NCBI GenBank assembly: GCA_030141605.1
Contig: JAQGDQ010000585.1
Span: 71,436 to 135,435, forward strand
Reading direction: 5' to 3'
From: Tubiluchus corallicola
Taxonomy: Eukaryota > Animalia > Priapulida
Length of the DNA: 64,000 nt
Below are positions 49,920 through 60,541 of the stretch, one piece after another; the stretch's first letter is position 1, and each line of letters starts with the position of its first letter. The notes below the pieces were generated by a model, which was not told where the DNA came from, made no database searches, and worked only from the letters and a program-made list of their open reading frames with translations. The translations under genes were made by a program, and so were the position numbers.

Positions 49920-52747
49920 ATGAAGACTGTTTTACTGACTGGCTCACTATTACTGCTACATACTGTGTGTGGGCCAAGCTCAGGCCATGAGAAGGGGTCC
50001 AACAACAGAAGCAAAACTAAAAAGGTAGCGGTTTTAATAAGGATCATTGTGCAGCTTGAAGTTTAACAGTAATCAGTGATGACTTGTGTATAAGGACTGT
50101 GGAACGTAGCACTCACATTTTGACTCAATATTATTGATAATATTCAATATAATAAGTCTTTTTTCTTTAGTTCTTTCTTTATACTTGTACGGAACCAAAC
50201 CACGTGAGGGTAGTACTGTTTGCTTCACAGGCCATCACAGTGGTGTTTTTTTTGTTGTGCGCATGCGGCCATTTTAACTCTATATTATCAATAATATTCA
50301 ATGTAATAAGTCTTTTTTTAGTTCTTTCTTTATGTTTGTACGAAAGCAGAGCACGTGAGGGTAGTACTGTTGCTTCACAACCCAGCACAGTGGTGTGTTG
50401 TGTATTAATTTTCGTATATCGGTTTGTTTGATTAGTTATTTTCGTAATTCCTAACTTTAAAATTACATGTTTGTTTCATTTTACACAGTATTAAAACAAT
50501 GGCTAAAGTTTTTCTGAAGCAGCACCCCAGTAATTTTAATTACAAGCCACCTCTGATAACAGTGCAAAAATAGATTAAGAAAGTAAACAGCAATTTCTTA
50601 GAGGTAGCAACGGAAAAACTGTCATTTCTATTTAGCTTTACATTTTTGTATATAAAATGTGTTTGTGAGAATATACAATGACCAAGATGAACATGCTTCT
50701 TCCTTCTCCACATAATGACTCATTATAAATTTGTAAGATGACATAATGTGCATGTCACTGTGACATAATGTGCATGTCACTGTGACTTAATGTGCATGTC
50801 GCTGTGACTTAATGTGCATGTCGCTGTGACTTAATGTGCATGTCACTGTGACTTAATGTGCTTGTCCCCGTGACATAATGTGCATGTCAGTGTGAAACTA
50901 ATTTAAAGTGAAAACCATTTTCATCTTTAACATTTGAATGCAATAAAGTTCTTATGTCCGCTTCTAGGCCATTTGTTGCTCAAAAGGCGGAGAATACTAC
51001 AATGGAAAATGTTACGTATTTCACAAAGAACTTGCTGATTGGTGGAAAGCCGTAATAAGATGCAGAGTGAACGGCAGTGAATTAGTTGCTATAGAAACGC
51101 CTGCAGTACAGAGGTTTATAGTCAACCACTTGAAAGGTCTTGAAAACTCATGCTGTTTTCCTTTAACTTTGGCATTATTATGGGCATTGCGGTACTGCCG
51201 CACCTGCTGTTTTCTTCCAATATTATCGATATTATTCAATATAATGTCGTTTTCTTTAGTTCTTCTTTATACTTGCACAAAACCAGAGCATGTGAGAGCA
51301 CTGTTTGCTTCACAGCCCAGCGCAGTTGTGTGCTTGCTATGCGCACATGTTATCGTCTACATGCACTGCACTGTTAGCGCCTGGGGCTAGATAGAGAAAC
51401 TACTGTCGCTCGCACAGTTTGTTGTCGGTTGTCACGTGCTTAAAAACCGTGTACTGGCATATTCTTGAACTGCTGAATTTAGGCAATTCGAGAGCAAAAC
51501 ATTTTTGTTTAGGGTTTTATCAATTTCGTGGGTAAATTTTCGTATGTTTGTTTTTTAAATTATAATTACAAATTACAACATTAAAATTACATACGTTTGT
51601 TTGGTTTACAAAGTATTAAAACAATGGCTAAACTTTTCTGAAGCTGCACCCACGCTAATTTTAATTACAAACTGCCACTGGTTGTAAGTAATTTTACGTA
51701 ATTATTTCGATAAGAATTGATTTGTTAGTAATTAATTAAAAAACGTTCTGTTTGTTAGCTCAATTCGCCAAAAGAGATCTATTTTGTTCATCCCTGTGGT
51801 TGAACACATCCATTTCACTCTTCAAACAAGAGCTCAAATCTCATTTAAGTTCTTCGTTGCATAAGAAACATTTTTCACTTGGTAAACCTCCAATTTCAGT
51901 GCATCATACAGCTAAACTATGACCTTTTCTCAAAAGGCTGTAAAGATAATAACGGTCATCCAATATTGCCGAATTGTAGTGTGGATTTCGATTTGAGTCT
52001 GTTGAACAGTTTTTGTTGCACTGCCCATTGTATCAACAAACTAGGGTTGTTATGTTTGATAAATTAAATGAAATACTTCTGCCCGAAAACTTAGGAACTA
52101 ATGACTTGTTGAAGTTGTTATTGTTCAGAAAAGATGAATTTAACTATGTTGCTAACTGTAAAATATTCCAATGCATACATTACTTTATATTATTGACTAG
52201 ACGCTTCCGGTAGTTTCTATCTGATATGAAATGCATCAGTCTTTAGTATTCATACTTTAATATTTTCTAACCGTCATTTTCTACTAATGCCTAATGTAAT
52301 CTTGTAGTAAAACTTGTCAGCTTGTGTAGTTATAGTCTATTCTTACTGTAAATGGTTTTGTAAATAGTGTATAAAGTCTGTTGTGGTGAGGATCCTAAAT
52401 CATGTTGTTCAATGTCTGTCTGATCCAATCCTAAAAATTATGTTTAAACCAAGGACTACTATACAACGTGTATAGTAGTCCTTGGTTTAAACTAACAATA
52501 GATACATTTTTCTATAGAAATCGGATCTTATTGGTGGACTGGTGGAACAGATCAATTCCTGGAAGGCAGCTTTAGATGGATTTCGAATGGCCATCCTTGT
52601 CTACACACGTTCTTTAGTGGAGGGGAACCAAACAATCGTAGAGGTGCCGAGGATTGCATAGAACTCAGATCAAACCATAATCATAGATGGAATGACCGAA
52701 AATGTTCTGACCACACTTATTTCATCTGTGAATACAAAGCTAATTAG
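49920..52747 (+). CDS. Secreted single-domain C-type lectin (EPN/WND), paralog of the minus-strand lectin
   Basis: Exons 49920-50024 (MKTVLLTGSLLLLHTVCGPSSG), 50968-51136 (CCSKGGEYYNGKCYVF...DWWKAVIRC...LVAIETPA), 52518-52747 (WTGGTD...EGSFRWISNG...EPNN...EDC...WNDRKC...FICEYKAN*); same intron phases as the paralog. Confidence 0.9.
50118..50550. repeat. ~155-bp tandem duplication plus tail, repeated again at ~51210-51680
   Basis: atattcaat.taata.gtc...ttagttctt..tttatacttg..c.gaaaccag..cacgtgag units at ~50125, 50280 and 51220; shared tail agtattaaaacaatggctaaa...ttttaattacaa. Confidence 0.7.
50739..50894. repeat. 22-bp minisatellite, ~7 copies
   Basis: Unit tgacataatgtgcatgtcactg. Confidence 0.9.
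51875..52430 (+). mobile_element. CR1-type LINE 3' remnant
   Basis: CGFRFESVEQFLLHCPLYQQTR...LLKLLLF...NCKIFQCIHYFILLTRRF* is the typical CR1 ORF2 C-terminus. Confidence 0.65.
52442..52492. other. Perfect 24-bp-stem hairpin / miniature palindromic element
   Basis: gtttaaaccaaggactactataca-acg-tgtatagtagtccttggtttaaac. Confidence 0.9.
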
Positions 52748-52874
52748 TTTTTTAACTTGGTATATCACAGTTATTGTATTGTTTAATCAAAATGGCCAGA
52801 TTCAAGTAAATAAATATGTCGCAAAAAATCATGGCAAACGTTTTTTCTTGTAATTTTTTCCAACGTAAGTTTGC

Positions 52875-53772
52875 AACTACTTCTGCAGTATAAGTTCTGA
52901 CAGCTACTCCTCCAGTATAAATTCTAACAACTACTTCTGCAGTATAAGTTCTGACAGCTACTCCTCCAGTATAAATTCTAACAACTACTTCTGCAGTATA
53001 AGTTCTAACAGCTACTTCTCCAGTATAAGTTCTGACAGCTACTCCTCCAGTATAAATTCTAACAGCAACTTCTCCAGTATAAGTTCTGACAGCTACGTCT
53101 CCAGTATAAGTTCTAACAGCTACTTCTTCAGTATAAGTTCTGATAGCTACTTATCCAGTATAAGTTCTGACAGCTACTTCTCCAGTATGAGTTCTGACAG
53201 CTACGTCTCCAGTATAAGTTCTAGCAGCTACTTCTTCAGTATAAGTTCTGACAGCAACTTCTCCAGTATAAGTTCTAACAGCAACTTCTCCAGTATAAGT
53301 TCTGACAGCTACTCCTCCAGTATAAGTTCTGACAGCTACTTCTCCAGTATGAGTTCTGACAGCTACATCTCCAGTATAAGTTCTAGCAGCTACTTCTTCA
53401 GTATAAGTTCTGACAGCTACTTCTCCAGTATAAGTTCTAACAGCAACTTCTCCAGTATACGTTCTGATAGCTACTTATCCAGTATAAGTTCTGACAGCTA
53501 CTTCTCCAGTATGAGTTCTGACAGCTACGTCTCCAGTATAAGTTCTAGCAGCTACTTCTTCAGTATAAGTTCTGACAGCAACTTCTCCAGTATAAGTTCT
53601 AACAGCAACTTCTCCAGTATAAGTTCTGACAGCTACTCCTCCAGTATAAGTTCTGACAGCTACTTCTCCAGTATGAGTTCTGACAGCTACGTCTCCAGTA
53701 TAAGTTCTAGCAGCTACTTCTTCAGTATAAGTTCTGACAGCTACTTCTCCAGTATAAGTTCTGACAGCTATT
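52875..53772. repeat. 27-bp minisatellite (~33 copies) with higher-order periodicity
   Basis: Unit agctacttctccagtataagttctgac; diagnostic atg variant recurs every 162 bp (53187, 53349, 53511, 53673). Confidence 0.95.
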
Positions 53773-54004
53773 TCTTGATGACAGCTACATATTTCGAAAA
53801 TGAGATTAAGCAAAAATTAATATTGAAGATCAGAATGTAACAGCGCTAAACTTAACGCAGACAGAGAACAGTAAAAATGTTTATAAAAATTCTGGCAATC
53901 ACAGTACTTAATTAATGAAAACCGGACATTGATATAAAAACAGTGCTGCAAGGAATGTGAAGAAGTTTCCAATAGTGTTTATTATTGGTTGTATGTCATA
54001 AACA

Positions 54005-54464
54005 CCGGTCCCTGCCTGATCACCGAAGTTAAGCAACGTAGAGCCTGGTTAACTTTTTGGATGGGTGACCGCCTACGAATACCAGGTGCTGCAGGCTTGC
54101 GGGATGCCCACACTGTATCTCGACACTAGGCAGAAGACCTGCACAAGCAGCCAACGGCTAGAGGGCGGAGGAGGTCAAGTGACCCAACAGCCACGTGTAG
54201 AGGAGCAAACCTTCCAAATCAGGAGTGGAACCTCGAAGGTGGACCAGTGCAGCATGCTCACTGACTCCGCCAGCTCCTGCAGCCAACCTGGTGCCAAACG
54301 TATCGCTCCGCTTTCCTTTGGACTACCCCAGGGAGGAAGAGATGGGGTTCCTGTTGTCTGGGCAATTCAGGATCTCCATACAGGTTGCCCTGGTGTGCGC
54401 CCTGGAGACGTTCAAGGATCGCACTGTTCAGCCACATTGTCTTCCGAGGCAGAAGGATGCCAAC
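54005..54464 (+). mobile_element. 5S rRNA-derived SINE (SINE3-like) with 12-bp TSD
   Basis: Head ccggtccctgcctgatcaccgaagttaagcaacgtagagcctggtta...tggatgggtgaccgcctacgaataccaggtgctgcaggctt is a 5'-truncated, diverged 5S rRNA; GC-rich body follows; ATGTCATAAACA at 53993-54004 and 54465-54476. Confidence 0.85.
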
Positions 54465-55068
54465 ATGTCATAAACATATAACCGTGGCTAACGAGTGCTG
54501 TTTCCACACATTCGCTACTTGTCAACAAACACCGGGCAATCAGGCTCACATGTAAACTGCCAGGCACTGTTGTTTCTTATTACAGTGTGATGTTTGAGTC
54601 AATACCAGTAATATAAAGTCAAACTTCTTTATACTGCCTACTTTTAAAAGGTGGCATTATAACAACGTGCATTAATACATACATGTCTATGCAAATGTAG
54701 ACATTTTGTTTTGCCAAAAATCTGGCCATTAAGCGAGGTTGGAATTATAAAAGGGCCATTATAACGAGGTTTGAACTGCATTAAAATTTATCAGCTAACA
54801 AGATACTGTAGAAGTACCACGTTTGACTATTAAATTGCATATCTGCCGGAGCAAATGTTCCATGTAATTAATACATTACAATATGTATTAATACAGCATA
54901 CTTAATGCTTAAAGTACCTGAGTTGTACACAGTGCTTTTGAAAATTGCAGATATGGTATGCCAACTAGTTACAACACTGTATTGTATAAAGATTTGGGAA
55001 ACACAATTTCATTGCAAATTCATTATAAAGGGGAAGCATTATGGTTTTTACAACAAGTGATCATCGTA

Positions 55069-55662
55069 TGTGTGCTTGCAAAGCAAAACCGTCTATAAGT
55101 CGGCAAAGTTAAAACTACATTTTTATGCTTTAAAGTATTCTATGCATTGGTCCAATGGCATGAAAGTGTCAAGAAAAATTTCAAAAAATACTAAAAATCT
55201 AAGTTTCCATACCCACTTTTCTGGCTAGAAACTAGCACTGCAATTGCAAAAAACTCGTATTTTCAAGCCCCGATAGTAACTTGTGAAAGCAGTCATTTTG
55301 CTTCAGGTTTTTTCTGTTACCAAGCCCAGGTCTTTGTCAAAAAGAGGCATCTACTGGATTTAAACATAACTTTAATGTGCTCTTACAAAGTTCATAGCAA
55401 CTAACTTTATGTATGGTTGCTAAATTTTTTGTAGAAAACACAAAAAACGACATCTAGCTAATTTTAACAGTGATTTTCTCAAGAAACGTTTTTCAATGCG
55501 TAGCCCGCACCTCAACTTCAACGTGAATTCTCTCAGCTTAGAAATAACAGAGCGATGAACTTGGTATCAAAATGTACCTCATGAAATGCAGATTTGGGAT
55601 ACATGAATAACTAGAAAAGCTTAATTGCCGACTTATGGATGATATTTCTAAATAAGCACACA
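55069..55662. mobile_element. MITE family B, copy 3
   Basis: tgtgtgcttgcaaagcaaaaccgtctataa ... ttatggatgatatttctaaataagcacaca; colinear with 6609-7267. Confidence 0.8.
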
Positions 55663-55808
55663 TATATATCACTTCTACTAGTCAAAATTCGTACAGTCCA
55701 TGAAGCTGCTGATCAACAAACACTACATCACTGGTGTTCTGTTATGCCCAATACTTTAACTACCCTGAGATCTATGTGAAATTATAAATATTACTGTCTC
55801 TCTTTTTG

Positions 55809-56897
55809 CTAACTTGCTTTCTCTTTATTCAAACTAGCATCTGAATTATTTTGCTGGTCATCAAAAAAATTCACTGGAAAACAGATCATGGCCGTTACAA
55901 AGGGTGCTAACGCTATCACAACATAAGACAAAATCAGATTTTTGAAAAAGGTTGACGTGTAGTACAACGCATGTGGCTCTTCTGGTAAACGAAACAGTTC
56001 AGTGAGATGAGAAGCAGCCAAAGTTGCTGCCATATTAAACAACATCATCACAAAACTGACATCAAGTGATGCAAGCCGCTTGTACAACGAGGTCCTGATG
56101 GCAATCCCTATGCCAATGATGGCTCCACTATCTCGTAGAATAGCGGTGAATACAGACGTGCGAATGTGCACGTACTCCGGCTTCACACAGGATCTCTTCG
56201 CCTTTTCGATCGACCACAGTGGGTCCACTCCACAGACAGTGAGGAGGTAGTAGATAACCGCAGCCGAAGTGACGAGAAACGTGCCGACGAACACGTGATG
56301 ACGAAGCGTATCGTTTCTTGGAGATGACGATCTGATTACAAGCAATCCAATTAAGAAGCCAATCACAACACCAAGAACTACTTGATGCGGAAAGTGGGTG
56401 GCAATATAGATCCTCGAAATACCGATGAGCAACATAACAGCAAAGAAGATATTAGTCGAGAGAACAGCTGCAAGGAAAATCTGAACTCGAGTGCGTGCCT
56501 TCCTTATGAAATAATACAGTACACAGCATAACACTGCACCAGTCACCATAGCATGACCTGATGGACTTCCTGGTCCAATTTCACACGTTAGACTGAACTG
56601 AAGCAAAGGTGCTTTCGCATATTGCTCATTCTCATCTACCCACCAGTAAGGGCGGTCGTCGTGCAGAAACCACTTTAAAATTGAGTTCACCCATTCAGAG
56701 AGAGCTGCAGCCCAGAGTACACGTCTGCCTAGCGTCTTGTCGATGCAGTAGGTTATGGGAAAGTAAATGATAAAGGCGTTTCGTGGATCGCCAAGGTGTG
56801 ACATCGCAAGCATATAGTGCGCCCATTTCGCTCCTCGGAACAAGACGCTTTGCAAAAAGATGATGAAGTTCAGACCAGATACATAAAGAGAATCCAT
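55809..56897 (-). CDS. G6PC: Glucose-6-phosphatase (PAP2 family), intronless CDS, 362 aa
   Basis: Likely start MDSLYVSGLNFIIFLQ; catalytic motifs KWFLHDDRPYWW, CEIGPGSPSGHAM, SRIYIATHFPHQV; multiple TM segments; C-terminal KEKAS (KxKxx ER-retrieval signal). Confidence 0.93.
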   Translation of the reverse strand: MDSLYVSGLNFIIFLQSVLFRGAKWAHYMLAMSHLGDPRNAFIIYFPITYCIDKTLGRRVLWAAALSEWVNSILKWFLHDDRPYWWVDENEQYAKAPLLQFSLTCEIGPGSPSGHAMVTGAVLCCVLYYFIRKARTRVQIFLAAVLSTNIFFAVMLLIGISRIYIATHFPHQVVLGVVIGFLIGLLVIRSSSPRNDTLRHHVFVGTFLVTSAAVIYYLLTVCGVDPLWSIEKAKRSCVKPEYVHIRTSVFTAILRDSGAIIGIGIAIRTSLYKRLASLDVSFVMMLFNMAATLAASHLTELFRLPEEPHALYYTSTFFKNLILSYVVIALAPFVTAMICFPVNFFDDQQNNSDASLNKEKAS

Positions 56898-57591
56898 GTT
56901 GCCGTTGGAACAAAAAGATGGCAGGGTAATATGACTGCTGTAAAATGTTATAAGTAACAACTGAGACTGCACACAGTAATGTGACAAAAATACAAATGAT
57001 TCTAAAATGTGTGGTCTTGCCCACGCAAGCAACAGTGATAAATGAAACGCTACAAAACGTATTCCTCACTTGTTTCATAAACTAAGTAACAGTAAGATTG
57101 ATGTCAAGCCGAAACCGAGATTCCGTGTGTGCACCTGTAAAATAAAAATAAGCTTTTCAATAATCAGTTGTGGTTACTACTTTTTTACTAGTAAGACAGT
57201 CACACATCATACTACAGTACACATTATGGGAATATGAATTACATCGCCATACAAAAATGTATTACACTGTACAGTAATTACTATGCATAACATTGCACAA
57301 CCTAATAATGAGTAAGTCTCAGAAGTTATATCATTCACATCTTGCATAAGATATTAAACCACTAATAACGTGACAAAATATCTACACAAACAAATCTGCA
57401 AAACACGTACGCTTGCATTAACATTTTTGCGCAAGTCATACAAGAAATCGAAGCGTGCTAAATTTTAACTGGTGCAAGTGGGCCGTGGTAGAAGATTTCT
57501 TGTCTTTCCTACATTGTTTTACACGTTGTCTGTATGCAGTTTTCACAGTTGTTTTCACAACTTTAGTCGTTTGTTGCAAGCCAAGTCAAAA

Positions 57592-60495
57592 ATGTTTGCT
57601 AATGTAGATTTTATTCATATTGGGTTTTCATCAGCTCTTGCTGTTCTCGTCTTTTGTGCTGTTATTTGGCTTGCTAAAAGATTACAGCGCGGAGGCTTTG
57701 CCAAGTTTGCAGTAAGTTACTTATTAAGCTTACTCATGTTGGCTTTAAGGATCGTTATTTACGTGAATGCAAGAAACCTTCTCCGATCCTCGAGAAAGCA
57801 GTATTACTGCAGCAGACTTCAGCCCTTCAAAAAGCGTTTAAGATTATTATTTTTGACGTTATGCGTAAAACACTAATGGAATTGGCAAAGGTAACGTTAG
57901 GGTAGAACTAAAAGGAACACAAACATGAAACAGTTCCAAACTGACGCGATTCTAACTCCGTTTCCTATAAGTACAAACTATAAAATTATGTCAGTGTGTT
58001 GTCAGTCAGTGTATAACTATAAGCAAACCTGCAAGCAACAGGGTGGCGGTATTAGAGAATCTGCTGTATGTTACTTTTTGTTGCTTGCTTGCTTGTGAAG
58101 TCTAAGAGACCTAACCATAACACGGTTTTTGACAGTCGTTCCTCAACAATTTGTGAAATTGAGGCAGATTTGATGCATCAACAGTTTCACTATAAAGTAA
58201 ATTCCAAGGACCCATAACGTGAGAAGAGAAGAAATGGGCTTTGATAGACATATGTCGGTACTGATATACTATATATACATATACATATATACTGAATGAT
58301 TAAATCAACAGTAGGCCTAGTTATGATACTATGTGCATACATGCATTATCTTCTGGTACATCATATGTTTTAAAAACAACCAACTGAGCTATTGCTACTA
58401 TGGCAACAGGAAAACGGTGACTAGACAAGGCAGGACACCATTAGAAATCATGTTACAGCTTGTGTTTCTTTACATTAAACTTATATTACTGGACTTTCTT
58501 AGTTAATGATGAGTTTTCTACTATCCATATGTAATTACATAGGTTTCATTATAATATTGGCAGGAACTTAATAAAAACCATCATATTACTGAGAGTTTTG
58601 TAGTAAGCTGAATTATAGGCTGAATATCAGTGTATCTGCAGACATTGTGCAGAGAGCATTCTAGTATATAAGAATTTCCATGTCGAGACAAATAAACATA
58701 GCAGCTAGTCTAGCATGCATTAGTCACTGTTATAATTAGCAACCAACAAGTCGCTAATGATTGGCCTACTGCTGAATATGTCGATAGACAGTTACATGAT
58801 GTTTTCCTTTAATACCTTGATGATCTGAAGCATCAGTGTCCTTTAGAAGTAGAGAATTTATCAAAAGATTTTAGAGACCTACAAGGCAAATTTAAGTCTC
58901 CGAAAATTCCTCAGCATCACATGAATCAGTGTAAAGAGTGGTTAGATATTACAAGATTAAGAGATGGGGATAAAACCCTGTGAGAAAACATTAATTAGTC
59001 GGGTGAGATGAGTAAGAAAAAACCTGCAAACGGCTCAAGTGTTGCTGAACTTGCTGATCATTTTAGTAAACTATACTCATTACACGAAGTAGACTCAGTG
59101 ATTTGGCACAGAACAACAATTTGCCATACTACCCTATCCTAGATGATCCAATTATATTAATTGAAATGGGCAACGTAGTGAACAAAATAATAAAAGCAGA
59201 TCTAGATTTTTCTGTAAGCTTACCGAAAAGTTCATATCGTGTGCTGTAGCCAATATTGTTAGTTTTAGTGAACCTAATCCTTTATTCTTTTATATAAAGT
59301 GCCCACTAAATATGACTTGCTCTCTACTCACAGCAGTCTTAAATGGGGTGATCTATCGCTGCCTCCGAATTATAGAGGCATACAAATGTCACTACTAGCA
59401 AGCATCTGCGACACAAGGATGACACCTGGTGACATGGCAAAATGCTGACACATCGACAGACAGCTGAATTTCTTTCATTTATGCCAGACTTGCATGTAGA
59501 TTGGTGAATCTGTAATCGCTCACTGTTTCAAACTATATAATATCTTGCAGGAATGTAGCAGTAAAAATGAGACAATAAATAATACTTGTGAAATATGGAA
59601 GACAGTTTTTTTTTTGAAAAAGTCATGAAACCATCAGACATATTCCTTAATCGTCTGTTCATTGTAGAAATTTCTATACATTGCTAAGATATAGGTAATA
59701 TAGGTAATGATATGTTAACTATAGGTAATTAAGTATACCATGTCAATAACAGTTGAGATAATGAATCGCTAATGAAAGCATACTTCCTGTGGTCAACAAT
59801 TATCAATTCATAATGACATAGTGTCATTTAATTCAGCAAAATGCTTGAGAATTGCTACTAAACTTCTCTAATGTTCGACTGTTAAGTACTGAATTATAAC
59901 TATTTTCAACATTTCAGTTTGTTCAGTCGTCTCAGAACGACAAAAATGCTGCCCAGGGCAATGAAGCACTCTCGATTAAGATTTTCTACTCCACGCAGAG
60001 CGGGACAGCAAAGGTATGTCTTCATTTCTGGGCTTCATTTAGTAGTCACACTTGTACAACCAGGTTCGAATACTAGTCGACTCACGGTTTTTCAGAGACC
60101 TTCTCCTAAATTTAACTGTTGATTATTTAAAGTTGGGCTTGTCTGGGTCAGTATTTCAGCCATCATGAACAATGATGATGATGATGATGACGATGACAGT
60201 GTTGCAATAATTGCCTATTTCATGCCGTCCTTTTGTGTTCAAGCTGTAAATGAACAAGTAAATAGCTAATCTTGCACGCAAATCATTCTTTTCTGTAAGC
60301 ATGATTAATTTTCTTTCAACTTACTTACTAAGTGGGGAAGTGTATCTTATTCTTTAATTGTAACTGATCGTAAAGTTCAATAGAAAAAAGAAAGCAATTT
60401 CACATTTATATTTGCGAAATATTATGACTAGTTATAATTTTCTATTTGAGTAAAAAGTAATAATCTATACTCTTATATTAATATTCTTGGTATGT

Positions 60496-60541
<46 letters not shown>

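Noticed and set aside
53187-53840. 217-aa Ser-rich ORF and antisense 112-aa ORF
   Set aside because: Entirely within the 27-bp minisatellite; open frames follow from a unit length divisible by 3
54000-54098. Functional 5S rRNA gene
   Set aside because: Missing the first ~20 nt, many substitutions, no oligo-T terminator, and fused to a TSD-flanked body
54065-54481. 138-aa ORF
   Set aside because: GC-rich SINE body with a GTG start and no recognisable domain
56898-57032. 45-aa N-terminal extension of G6PC in the ORF track
   Set aside because: Starts at TTG; family similarity begins at MDSLY
57774-57890. Possible extra in-frame TYW1 exon (KPSPILEK...MELAK|gtaacg)
   Set aside because: Weak acceptor, very short preceding intron, no recognisable TYW1 similarity; the gene model is phase-consistent without it
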